Shown here: positions 24,825 through 38,300 of the stretch, one piece after another
Position numbering within the stretch: the first letter of the stretch is position 1
How the letters are laid out: the number at the start of each line of letters is the position of its first letter
Assembly (NCBI GenBank): GCA_002269645.1
Contig: NIVC01001001.1
Coordinates: forward strand, 321,934-385,933
DNA: 64,000 nucleotides
Reading direction: 5' to 3'
Source: Macrostomum lignano
Taxonomy: Eukaryota
Notes under the pieces: model-generated
Told to the model about the DNA's origin: nothing
Databases searched by the model: none
What the model saw: the letters and a program-made list of their open reading frames with translations, nothing else
Made by a program: the position numbers and the translations under genes

Positions 24825-25490
24825 ATTCCAGATATAAAGCTCTAATTCCAAATTTACAGGCTGTAGTCTAGAAGCTGTAAATTCAGATCTAAAGACTACA
24901 ACTACAGATCTAGAGGCTATAGCTACAGATCTAGAGGCTATAGCTACAGATCTAGAGGCTGTAAATCCAGAACTAGAGGCTGTAAATCCAGAACTAGAGG
25001 CTGTAAATCTAGATCTAGAGGCTGTAAATCCAGAACTAGAGGCTGTAAATCTATAACTAGAGGCTGTAAATCTAGATCTAGAGGCTGTAAATCCAGAACT
25101 AGAGGCTGTAAATCCAGAACTAGAGGCTGTAAATCTAGATCTAGAGGCTGTAAATCCAGAACTAGAGGCTGTAAATCCATAACTAGAGGCTTTAAATCTA
25201 GATCTAGAGGCTGTAAATCCAGAACTAGAGGCTGTAAATCTATAACTAGAGGCTGTAAATCTAGATCTAGAGGCTGTAAATCCATAACTAGAGGCTGTAA
25301 ATCTAGATCTAGAGGCTGTAAACCCAGAACTAGAGGCTGTAAATCTAGATCTAGAGGCTGTAAATCTAGATCTAGAGGCTGTAAATCTAGATCTAGAGGC
25401 TGTAAATCCAGAACTAGAGGCTGAAATTCCAGAACTAAAGGCTGAAATTCCAGATATAGAGGCTTTAATTCCAGATCTAGAGGCTTTTAC
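24825..25490. repeat. 21-bp minisatellite (ctagaggctgtaaatctagat / ...ccagaa)
   Basis: Direct reading; source of the DLQPLVL ORF. Confidence 0.95.
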
Positions 25491-25909
25491 AGTACTGTAT
25501 GCAGTTCCTCCACGGCTAATGGTACATCGAACTCCCTTTTCAAAGCCTCGTTTGTAAGCCAGCTCAGCCCAGGCCGCATTGTGTATCCCATCGCCCCCAG
25601 AGGCGGATCAGCTTTTATTCCCCCCACCCGCCGAATCTCCCATCCGCTTTGCAGTTTCTATCGAATCCATCGAACCCAAATAATGAAAGGGCAATCCCAG
25701 CCAAGTGGGGAAGAGAGATAAAGGGGTGGAAGGGATATCCGGAGGATTAGGACCGTCTAATTTTATTGACAGAGAGAGAAGGGAAAGAGGTGGCAGTGAC
25801 GCAGCCTTCATCCTGAATATGCAGATCGGGGTTAGAAAAATTGTATTGCCAACTGCTGCTAGCACTGCGGCTGTAAGACTGCTGACTGACTGTGGCACTG
25901 GGATATTCG

Positions 25910-26095
<186 letters not shown>

Positions 26096-26381
26096 CCGCA
26101 AACTCCTCAACCGCACAGTGGCAAACACAGAAGCGAATGTAGAAAAACAGACAAATGAGCCGCATTTTTCCTAAAGCACGAACTTTTAGACGAATTCAGT
26201 TTTGGGAATCGAAACTGGAGCGGCCCGCTGGCATCGATCGATAAAGGGAGTTCCTGGGGCGTCGACAGAAATACCCCGGCTCTTCGTCACTCTTTTCGGT
26301 GAAACTCTGATCGATTTTCTGCTTTAAAATGATTATAGTGCTCTAAAAGAAGTTAAAGGGATACATTTGTATGGAAACTTT

Positions 26382-27272
<891 letters not shown>

Positions 27273-27460
27273 CGTCGCTGTTGGAAAGACATGACAGAAA
27301 AGCCGGAGGCTGTTTAAGCCAGTCTTGCAGTGGCTGGAACTTGTCAGCCAATAGAAACGAATGAAGGTATAAGTGCAGTATATAAACTCATTTACTCAGT
27401 TGGGTTTTTTGCAGCTTTATGTCTATACACAATAATATTGAAGGGCAGTGACAATTCCCA

Positions 27461-30400
27461 ATGTCCCAACACAGGCTGCTGTTGTTGCTGACTGCCGCTC
27501 TGATTGCAGCCGCGTCAGCTGCTCCGTGCTTCATCTACCGAGGCTGGAAGAATCCGTGCCACGAAGTCACCTGCCCGGACAATGCCCAGTGTGTGCCGGC
27601 ATTGAACATGCACAAGTACAAGTGCACCTGCCCCACGGACTGCTGGGACATCGGTGACAGCGATGATAGCGGACAGGTGACGGGGGCAGACAGTGAGAGG
27701 GAAAGCAATGTGAGATGAGACGGAGGGCAGAGTGTGAGATGAGAAGAGAGACTATGAGATGAGACAGATGGCAGAGTGTGAGATGAGAAGAGAGACTATG
27801 AGATGAGATGGAGGGCAGAGTGTTAGATGAGAAGAGAGACTATGAGATGAGACGGAGGGCAGAGTGTGAGATGAGACGGAGGGCAGAGTGTGAGATGAGA
27901 CGGAGGGCAGAGTGTGAGATGAGACGGAGGGCAGAGTGTGAGATGAGACGGAGGGCAGAGTGTGAGATGAGACGGAGGGCAGAGTGTGAGATGAGACGGA
28001 GGGCAGAGTGTGAGATGAGACGGAGGGCAGAGTGTGAGATGAGAAGAGAGAGTAGAGAAAAGTTTACACTGACAGTTTAGCTCAATGGACATAATGAAAC
28101 TGCATGGATGCAGTATAGGTATCTAGAGTTGAGATTCTAGAATATTATTTAAGCAACCCACGAGCCCGATGCCAAAGCGATACATGTACATTGTTCGAAT
28201 GCAGGTGTGCGGCAGCGATGGCATCACCTACGAAAGTCTGTGCCACCTTCAGCGCGCCTCCTGCCACGCCGCTGTCATGGTGACGCCTGTGTACCGCGGC
28301 GTCTGCGACCCCTGCGTCCTGGAAAGCAACGGGAGGCGGCGCTCCGTGTGCCCGCAGAATCAGCGCTGCGTTTTAGATGCTCTGAGGCGGCCCCGATGCG
28401 AGTGCAATTATTCGTGTAGGCGGCTAGATATACTACTACTGACTGATCAAGTAGAAAGTGTTGGGCATTTTGTGACTTTTTTGTAACCGCTGAGAAGTGT
28501 TTGATGTCCAGTTCCTAGTGGAATCTAGAGGCATGCAATTCCTCAGATCTAGAGGCATCCAATTCCTCAGATCTAGAGCTAGGCATCCAATTCCTCAGAT
28601 CTAGAGGTATGCAATTCCTCAGATCTAGAGGCGTCTTAATTCCTCAAATCTAGAAGCATGCAATTCCTCAGATCTAGAGGCATGCAATTCCTCAGATCTA
28701 GAGGCGTCTAAATTCCTCAAATCTAGAAGCATGCAATTCCTCAGATCTAGAGGCATCCAATTCCTCAGATCTAGAGGCATCCAATTCCTTCAGATCTAGA
28801 GGCATCCAATTCCTCAGATCTAGAGGCATCCAATTCCTCAGATCTAGAGCTAGGCATCCAATTCCTCAGATTTGGAGGCATCCAATTCCTCAAATCTAGA
28901 AGCATGCAATTCCTCAGATCTAGAGGCATCCAATTCCTCAGATCTAGAGGCATCTAATTCCTCAGATCTAGAGGCATCCAATTCCTCAGATCTAGATGCA
29001 TCCAATTCCTCAGATCTAGAGGCATCCAATTCCTCAGATCTAGAGGCATCCAATTCCTCAGATCTAGAGGCATCCAATTCCTCAGATCTAGAGGCATCCA
29101 ATTCCTCAGATCTAGAGCTAGGCATCCAATTCCTCAGATCTAGAGGCATCCAATTCCTCAAATCTAGAAGCATGCAATTCCTCAGATCTAGAGGCATCCA
29201 ATTCCTCAGATCTAGAGGCATCCAATTCCTCAGATCTAGAGGCATCCAATTCCTTCAGATCTAGAGGCATCCAATTCCTCAGATCTAGAGGCATCCAATT
29301 CCTCAGATCTAGAGCTAGGCATCCAATTCCTCAGATCTAGAGGCATCCAATTCCTCAAATCTAGAAGCATGCAATTCCTCAGATCTAGAGGCATCCAATT
29401 CCTCAGATCTAGAGGCATCCAATTCCTCAGATCTAGAGGCATCCAATTCCTCAGATCTAGATGCATCCAATTCCTCAGATCTAGAGGCATCCAATTCCTC
29501 AGATCTAGAGGCATCCAATTCCTTCAGATCTAGAGGCATCCAATTCCTCAGATCTAGAGTCATCCAATTCCTCAGATCTAGAGCTAGGCATCCAATTCCT
29601 CAGATCTAGAGGCATCCAATTCCTCAAATCTAGAAGCATGCAATTCCTCAGATCTAGAGGCATCCAATTCCTCAGATCTAGAGGCATCCAATTCCTCAGA
29701 TCTAGAGGCATCCAATTCCTTCAGATCTAGAGGCATCCAATTCCTCAGATCTAGAGGCATCCAATTCCTCAGATCTAGAGCTAGGCATCCAATTCCTCAG
29801 ATCTAGATGCATCCAATTCCTCAGATCTAGATGCATCCAATTCCTCAGATCTAGAGGCATCCAATTCCTCAGATCTTGAGGCATCCAATTCCTCAGATCT
29901 AGAGGCATCCAATTCCTCAGATCTAGAAGCATCCAATTCCTCAGATCTAGAGCTAGGCATCCAATTCCTCAGATCTAGAGGCATCCAATTCCTCAGATCT
30001 AGAGGCATCCAATTCCTCAGATCTTGAGGCATCCAATTCCTCAGATCTAGAGGCATCCAATTCCTCAGATCTAGATGCATCCAATTCCTCAGATCTAGAT
30101 GCATTCAGTTTCCCAAATCTAGAGGTTCTAGTTCCTCAGATCAATAGATTTCAGTTCCTCAGTCCTAGAGGCCTCCTTAAACTTACTTCAACAGCTCAAA
30201 CTCGCTTTCGCAGGCGACCGCATCGGCCCGGACGCTGGCGATCTGGTGTGCGCATCCAACGGCGTAACCTACTCAGACCAGTGCCGGATGAACCACGACG
30301 CCTGCCTTCGCGGCGTCAACACCACGAAGCTGTCCACCGGCGAGTGTCCAACCGGCAAATACTGCACCGAGTGCCGGCATCCTTACCAGCGCTGCCGAGT

Positions 30401-31262
30401 TGAGAATGAGCTGACAGGCGTGTCCACCTGTCACTGTCCGGAGTCCTGTCCGCCAGTGCTCAGTCCGGTTTGCGGCTCCGACAATAACACCTACGAGTCG
30501 CTGTGCCACCTGTACAGGCACGCCTGTCTGAACAATCTGCCACCGAAACAGCTGCTGCCAGTCCATCGCGGCAGCTGCAGCCGGGAGGGCCTGTGCGGCC
30601 GTGGCCGCAGCCAGCCCTGCCTGTTTGGCGGCGTCTGTCGGGTGCGCATCGAGGAGAAGTTGATGTCGCATCACCAGATTAGCTACAGCGGCAAGTTCGC
30701 CTGCGACCCGCCCGAATGCCTCTGGTCGGAGACGCCAGACGATGCTGAGCCGGCCGGAGACCGCTGGCTGCTGGCCGTGATTCTGTCCGCCGCAGGCGGA
30801 GAGTTCAGCGCCCAGGTGTGCGGTACGGACGGCGTCACGTACAAATCTGAGTGCCACCTGCGCCGGAGGGCGTTCGAATTGCGGCGCGACATTCGAGTCA
30901 GCGAGAGAAGCAGCTGCAATCCGTGCAGGAAGGTCACCTGTCCGCACTTCGGTCTGTGCCGCGTCAACTCGCGCGGCCAGCCGCAATGCCACTGTCCGAC
31001 TAACTGTCTGTACAGCCCTGGCGAGACCAGCGTCTGCGGCAGCGACGGTCGAATCCACGACTCCGGCTGCGAGCTGAGGCGAACCTCCTGTCGGACTAAG
31101 CAAGACATTCAGATTTTGCCGATCGAGATGTGTGGCCAGGGAGCTGCTGGCAGAAGGAGGCGTGGGAATAAAGAAAAGCGCAGCGTCGACCGAGGACGCC
31201 AACAGCATCAGCATCGGCTGCGGCATTATCGAAAGCGCAGTTTCCTTGTTGCTCAGCAGTGA
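27461..31262 (+). CDS. Secreted follistatin/Kazal-repeat protein (agrin N-terminus-like), 491 aa; exons 27461-27676, 28205-28415, 30214-31262
   Basis: Hydrophobic signal peptide MSQHRLLLLLTAALIAAASA. Five FS modules with Kazal cores VCGSDGITYESLCHL, VCASNGVTYSDQC, VCGSDNNTYESLCHL, VCGTDGVTYKSEC, VCGSDGRIHDSGC. Junctions cag|gtgacg, t|gtaggc...cag|gc restore a Cys codon; total 1476 nt. Confidence 0.85.
27712..28050. repeat. 24-bp minisatellite (gtgtgagatgagacggagggcaga) in Kazal-gene intron 1
   Basis: Direct reading. Confidence 0.9.
28520..30170. repeat. 24-bp minisatellite (gaggcatccaattcctcagatcta), ~65 units with higher-order variants, in Kazal-gene intron 2
   Basis: Direct reading; recurring 28-bp (gagctaggc) and 25-bp (tccttcag) variant units. 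Confidence 0.95.
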
Positions 31263-32106
31263 CGGAAGATTTTAGAAGCTATAAACCCTAGCGCTGGGGC
31301 AACAAAACTTCGTAGCCATGATCTACAAGATTCAATACCCAGATTTGCACACCACTTCCGATCGAAGCGACTATGAGCGGTAAACTATTTTAAACAAAAT
31401 TTTACTACAACAGTTTTGTTGACTTAACAAAACTACTCATATTTAATACTTATTCTCGTAGGCATGTAAAATTAAATTTATCATTAATAGCTTTAATAAA
31501 CAAACAATCAATCACCGCGAGGTTTTATTTACTTCGGTGGTCGGAAAACTTAGAAAAAATCAACGTTTGACTCTTTTAAGTCACGTGTATGTACATGTAC
31601 TCTACTACAAGGTTGCATTTAGGAGATGAAGATTATGTATGATACATCAATTATTACACACGAGTAACACTGTAAATTGCAATGCTTAGACAAATTGCAA
31701 GGGCGCGATGATATCGCATCAAGGACCACTGTAGTCCTTGTATCGCATCTGAATTAAAACGAGTCCACCAGAGCTGAACTTCACTATCTAACTTAATCTG
31801 CTTCTTGCAAAGAAAATCTCGAAGAAAAAGTATCGGGGTTTTAAAGGAATTTAAAGTAATTTTTAAGCGGCTTCACTCCGGATTTGCTGAAAGAAAATTA
31901 AGTCGTTAATTTCTAGAAACAGTCGAGCTATCCCGCGAATTTGATTTCGGCACTGTATTATCGCAGGCCCTGCGCCTCGAGGATAATTAACTTATTTTTC
32001 GAAACCATCAAAGTAAAAGCTTTTTCGTGCGAAATACCGACTTAAAAGTTATATTAGTCAAAGTACCATACATGTATCTATAGCATTTAGTCGATATCAA
32101 TGAAAA

Positions 32107-34217
32107 ATGATTTTGGACATCCTTTTAAGCGATTACAAACGAATACCAATCGTAACGAGGTCCTACTGTACAGCATGCTTCGTTACTACTTTGGCTGTTG
32201 TAAGTCTGCGCAATTGATTTTGATTTTCTATATCCCACCCAGTGTATGCGTGTATATTTATTTAAGTTGTATATTATGATTCATTTACTTTTCTCAAACT
32301 TGCTTTTCTACATTAGCTATTAGTATCTGGAATTCGTTGGTCCCCATCAGCTTTATTATAATCCGAAGTTGCTGCTAACAACAATGCAGGTAAATAAATT
32401 GTTTATTGTGTTGATTTTATGCAGAAATTATTAAGTACCTTATTTTCTTCTCAGTGAAGAGCAGTATGACTATTGGTATTACATGTTGTTATTGGTAAAA
32501 TTTGAAAGATTTCAACACAGGCTATATAAAATAAGATAACTTTAAAGAACTTACATGATAAATAATGGATAAAGGCATTTTTTACTTTGAATTTTTTGTT
32601 GCAATTAAATTACTTTTTCATTATTATTTTGAGATTTGTTGGTCTCAAGGATAGTAGTTAATTTCATATACAATATGCATAATCCAAGGTTAACTCTAAC
32701 TGTAACAACCCTATTAACACAAACTATAGAAATAAAAGGTAAAGAGCTATAACAAATTTTAGACAGATATATACAAAAGGATCAACAAATTTAAACTTAC
32801 TTCATTTGTTACAATATTCATTAATTTATGAAATTGAGTCAAAATGATCATATAAAATTTTCAGCAATTCTAATTATATTTTAGATTTGGCGACCAATAA
32901 CTTGTTTTCTGTTTCTTGGAAAGCTCAACTTCAGCTTCTTCTTTCGCCTCTTAGCCGTGTACCGCTGCTGTCGCATGCTCGAGGAGGACGTATTTCGGAA
33001 TCGCACAGGCGACCTCGTCTTTATGCTGGCATTCTGTGGCTTCTTTATTCTAGTGAGAGTTGATGCAATTTTAATTTTATGATCGGCTATAGGCTTGTAC
33101 TATAGTTCTAGGACTTAAAAGGACCAATATACAGAGACAGTATATAGGTGCAATTAGTGTCAAAGATTTCCGACAAGTTATGAATAATGGTTTGGTTGTC
33201 TCCGGGCACCATTCAACAGGTGTATTGAAGACTGACATCTTTCTACATGTACGTACGTATATGGACTTGATACTTGATAATTGAGGGCCAACCCAACACC
33301 CAAGGCACAGAGAGTGTGTACACCCTGCGTGAGCGTGTTATGTGCCTCAGAGCTGGTTTGTGGGACGTATACGATTCTTGATCAAAATTCACTTAATTTT
33401 CAGCTAGCAAACTGTTTCCTTGGCTCGGCATTCCTGGCGCAGTCCTTTCTCATGTCGATGATCTACCTGTGGTGCCGTAATCGCTGGTACAGGTTCATCA
33501 ACTTGCACCTAATTGGCCAGATCGCATTTCCGGCACTGTTTCTGCCGCTAATAATCTTATTGATATCGATGGTGCTGTATAAGTCTGCTTGCATGGCCAA
33601 TCTGCTAGGTGAGATTAGTTTAATTACAGGTTTTGCATGTACAATGGGATTATTGCACCTGTGCTAAATCATGAGATACAATAGCTTATGACCTTATGTT
33701 AACCGATTAAGTGTGTTAAAGCTTACAACCTGTACTGATTACAGTGTGAAGAAGATAGCGCGCTTTAGGATTTTTATTTTATTAGCTAGCCAGGTTGATT
33801 GGTTGTGTTGCATATCAAACCTGTTCTGATTATAGAGTGGGGTGGTTGGTTGTATCACGAATTAATTAATTTTTGTAAATTTTCGCACCTGGGCAACATG
33901 GAATCAGGGGCTTGTGTACCTTTGCTAGTTGGATTGGATACATGTACTATTATTATGCTTACACACTGCTGCGAATATATTTCATGCAGGCATATTAGTC
34001 GGTCATCTGTACTTCTTTTTCGACGGAGTATTTCCTCAACTTGGCCACGGATTTCAAGTGTTGCGCACTCCCCGATTTTTGTAAGCCCGGTCTGAATTTG
34101 AAGATTTTATTAACGAGCATAAAAAATTTAATAACATCCTTTCTTTATTTCCATTATTGCAGGCGTAAACTTTTCGATGAACATCGAGAGCCATTTACAG
34201 AACCAGGCATGAATTGA
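32107..34217 (+). CDS. DERL2: Derlin-2/3-like ER membrane protein (divergent), 225 aa; exons 32107-32199, 32324-32389, 32885-33052, 33404-33608, 33990-34080, 34163-34217
   Basis: Reconstructed [65 protein letters not shown]...[19 protein letters not shown]...[25 protein letters not shown]...[18 protein letters not shown]...[24 protein letters not shown] aligns with Derlin-2 motifs (IPxVTRxY, IWR, CRMLEE, GHxYFF, TP). Canonical splice sites; 678 nt. Mostly missed by the ORF track. Confidence 0.88.
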
Positions 34218-34770
34218 AGCAACTACTTTTAGTAGCACAAATACTGCACATAGAGTTTGCATTAAAAAAATTATTTTCTTAGATCAAATAGCTATTTACT
34301 AAGTGGCTTTACGAGTAGTCAGGTGTAAGAGCAGAGTTTAAATAATTTTTATTGCGTTATTTTTTACCATTGGTTTTATTTTTTAAACATAAATGAAATA
34401 AATACACCTTATTTTTAAAGTCTTTTAAAGTCTTTACTTTTTAAAGTCTATTTAAAAAAAATTCAACGCTCAAGCATTTATTGATGAAAATCTTACTTTT
34501 GTTTGTAAAATTTCTCATTATTATTAATAATAATATGTATTTGTCAGACAGTCAGGTTAAAAACAACAGATTGTTTCCGTGTGAGCCAATCGAATAAAAA
34601 ATTAATAGTAAAAAAACGCGAATAAAGACACAGAACTGAAGCTGTTTGTAAAATTGATATATTATATTTTCATATTTCACATTGGATTGAGAGATACGTA
34701 ATAAGAAATTAAAGCACAGAACGAAGCAGACAACATAAAATAAATGAAAGCTGATGAGCTCCAATCTTCT

Positions 34771-34880
34771 GGGTGCGTCGTGGCGTAGCGGTCAAGCGAA
34801 TGACGCGTGAAATTCTAAAGGTCCCGAGTTCGATTCAGCTAAAAAATCAATAATTTATTCGAGGTCGACTACTACTTACT
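34771..34880 (+). mobile_element. tRNA-derived SINE fragment
   Basis: Pol III A box tggcgtagcggt (34781) and B-box-like gagttcgattc (~34826); no clear tRNA acceptor-stem closure. Confidence 0.55.
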
Positions 34881-35389
34881 AAGTAGTACAACTGACAGGA
34901 ATAGCAAGCTAAAAATCGCATGAAAATTTAAAATACAGAAGCCAGAAGGCTGCACAAGGCAGGTAGACGCGCGTGGTTTGGTCAGTCAGAATTTTCCATG
35001 CGCAATAAACAAACCGAATAATCAAAGTTCAAAAAAATTACAGATGAACAACCAAACCAAATTTACAGGAGTATTTAAACAGGTCAGCAGAAACAGATTC
35101 AATCATGCTTGACTAGTGGAAAAATGACGATGATTGAACGCGGATCGCCAAATGATTGCCAGCCAAATGAATATTATACTGTATAATATAATATAGGTAC
35201 ACTCTGCGCCTTGGTGATCGGGGAACCTTCGGGTGTACTTTGGCGCAGGAACAGCCAAGCTACTATCATGTCAGCTGTACTACAGCTACGGTAATAAATG
35301 AGCATAGAAAACTCCATTGGAGTAGTGGTCAGTAGTCAGTAGCGCGAATGACAATAAAAAAATCTAATCTCGCTAATTAAACAATTCGA

Positions 35390-38300
35390 TCAGCACTGGG
35401 AAGAGCCGACATCATCGTACCAGGCCGAAGCTGCACCAGCTGCTGGGTGTCTTGCTGGCTCCCTGCCTGCAGCTGTCGCTGTGGTTGTCGGCTCAACGCT
35501 AATCCGAGTCAACCGTTCGAGATCTCGCTCGGTCAGGTGCAGCTGCTGGGGCGGCCGGCCGTCTCTGGTGCTGCTGTAGCCGCTGCTGCTGCTGACTGTG
35601 GACTCGGCGCCTGCAGCTACCGTGGACAGCCTGGTTGGCGTCTGCTGCTGACGAGAGGAAGGACCGGCGGCAGAGTTCGCGGTAGCCAACGCCTCGGCAG
35701 CAGTTCGCTCTTCTAAAACGCTCAAACGCTTCGAAATAAAAGCGGCAGATGAAGAAGTGGGAGGCTGAAGCGGCGGCAGCGACATGGCGGATGACAACTC
35801 GCTGTCCGACACTTCGGTGATTGTGGACAAATTCGGCTCGTAGACGGAGTCCTCGGCACCGGCCAGCAGCTGGAGCTGCTCATCACCGCTGCCGTATATC
35901 AGCTGATTCAGTGTCTGGCCTTCGTTCGGCTGCCAGGGCGCCTTGCTGGGAGGCGGCTGCGGCTGCTGTTTGGCCGAAGGAGCCTCCGGCAGGTCCGATT
36001 CGCTCTCTTGCGACGGGCGTCGAAAGCCGGGAGGCGGCGGCGGGGGCGGCGGTGGCTGAGGCTGAGACGGAGGTGGCGTGGCCGGTACAGCCGGGTCATT
36101 GTCGTCTATCTCGGCTAGAAGCTCAGTGTCCGCCGCAGTGACCGGCAGGAACTGGCCAGAGTGCACGCTGAGCAGCGACTCCTGCGAAGAGGAGGACACG
36201 GACTCGATCAGCTGCTGCTGTACAGGCGTGTTGGCCACGTCTTGAAGGCCTAGCAGAGCAGTGGCAGCCAGCTGCAGCAGTCGGCCAGCCTGCCTGCCTC
36301 CGCCGCCTCCGCTAAGCTGCAGTAGCACGAACTCCTGCCCAACTTCCAGCAGATCAAAGCCAAGCGACGACAACAACTCGTGACAACCGTCGGAGCCGCG
36401 CCATAGTTGCACAGGGACTCGCAGCTCCGCTGTGCCTGTCCGCGGCATTGTGCTGGACACTGTTGGCCGGCCTGAAGTCCGGCTGGACGTTGAAGTTGAA
36501 GCCAGCAGCAGGTCGACCAGCTGCCGCAGCTGCTGGCCAGACGAGGCTGCCAGCAGGCCGGACAGAGCGCCCAGCGACCTGTCTGGGAGGCCCAGCAGCG
36601 CCATCAGACACGCCGACGTCTGCGCCAGGCGTTCGGCCGGGTCCAAAGTCGGGAAGAACAGCACAGCGGCAGTCGACTCGTCGCTAGGCACGGCGTTGAG
36701 GTCGTCGGTCGTCTTGCCGACGCCGCTCGTCAGCCGGAATCCCAGCGCCGCCAGAAGGTTGCGCCAGTGTCGGCTGGAGGCCACCTGGCGACCGACTTTC
36801 TTTTCGACGCTTAACTGGCTGGTGTACATCGGCGTGCGACAGCCCTGCGGGGAGCGACAAAATATTTTGAGTTTCTCTTGTCAAAATTATCTAGCTTCAT
36901 CAGTCACTATGATTACTTCGCTTCTGCGTCAGTATCACCCCATCTCAATCTCACCCCATCAAAATCTCACCCCATCTCAATCTCATCCCATCTCAGTCTA
37001 ATCTAGTCTCGGTCTCACCCCAGCTCAATCTCACCACATCAGTCTCACCCCAGCTCAACCTACCCCATCTCAATCTCATCCTATCTCAGTCTCACCTAAT
37101 CTCATTCCATCTCAATCCCGCCCCAACTCAATCTCACTCAATCTCAGTCTCATCCCACCTTAGTCTCATCCCATCTCAATCTCACCTGGACAATCCGCTG
37201 CAGTGATTTCTCAATAAGATGTAGCAGAATTCGCAGCGCCTCTTTGCGCATCTGATCGGCGCCACCGCTGGTCCCGGCGCCAATTCCGGCGCCAATCAGA
37301 GCGGACAGCGAGCGCGCAATTGTTAAACTGCGCTTCCTCAGCCGAGCGGACGCGTCGCCAATCAGCGCCCAACCGGCCCAGCACTGGGGCGCCGCGCTAA
37401 TCTCGGCGCGCACCAGAGCTTGAGCCGCGCGTAGCGCCACCCCAGCCGGTTGATACTGCAACAGGCCGGTGTAGAAGGACTTCAACAGAGCGCGCGTAGC
37501 TTTGTCCGGCGCCGGCCAGAGGCACACGAGGCAGCAGCGAGCTCCGGCAGCAAGGAACGAACGGCACAGAGTCTGCAGACCGTCTGAGGTGGCCTGGCAA
37601 GCGGGGCTGACGTGGCCGCAGCTGAGCACTACAAGCCGGCAGGCGGGCAGCCGGGCCTGAGTCAGGTCATGCGGGGTGAGCAGTAGGTCGGATAGAGACG
37701 ACGACTGCAGGTTGGCGTCCTCTGCTGAAGATGCTTCGGCGAATTGCTGCTGCTGCTGCTGCTGTTGTTGGTCCTGTACAGGCGGCGCCAGAACAATGGC
37801 CGATTGCGACCAGCTGATATTGGCGGCAAAGTGTAGCAGTTCAATTGGTTGGCTGTCTTCTTTTTGGTCAGTCTGCTGCTGCTGCATCAGCTGCTGTAGC
37901 ACAGCTCGGCGAGTTGCTTGACGACCGAGCAGCGGCTGGGGAGCCGCGGCCAGCAGGTCGGCAAGGCTGCGGCACTCGTGCTCCGCCGGCGGTGCTGACT
38001 GGCACCAGAGATGTCGGTCGGCAACGCCGCGGGGCAGCCAGGGGTTGCCGACGATCAGCTGACGGTGCGGCTGTAGCGACTCCGCGGCCGCGGCGGCTGA
38101 GGCGTCGGCACCGTCCGGTGCGGAGGCGGCCTCGGCAACTGTTGCTGGGGAGTCTTTTGGCCTGGATTTGGAAGATTGGAATTCGATTGGACAGACGAGC
38201 TTGCAGGTCCTCAGTTGCTGGGCCAGCCTCCCAGATCCTCATCAGTTGCTGGTCCACCAGCCTCCCAGATCCTCATCAGTTGCTGGTCCACCAGCCTCCC

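Noticed and set aside
28520-30170. CRISPR-like appearance of regular 21-38-bp repeats (also 12183-12990, 24825-25490, 40440-41165, 46850-47912)
   Set aside because: Units are head-to-tail with no unique spacers, no cas genes are present, and the context is eukaryotic and intronic.
30273-31226. Long antisense ORFs over real exons (e.g. 30273-31226, 44900-45415, 36432-37001, 57516-57875)
   Set aside because: Shadow frames of GC-rich coding sequence on the opposite strand; no independent motifs.
34771-34850. Functional tRNA gene (also the heads at ~44071, ~46114, ~48522)
   Set aside because: A and B boxes are present but there is no intact cloverleaf or acceptor stem. Three of the four continue into a shared SINE body.
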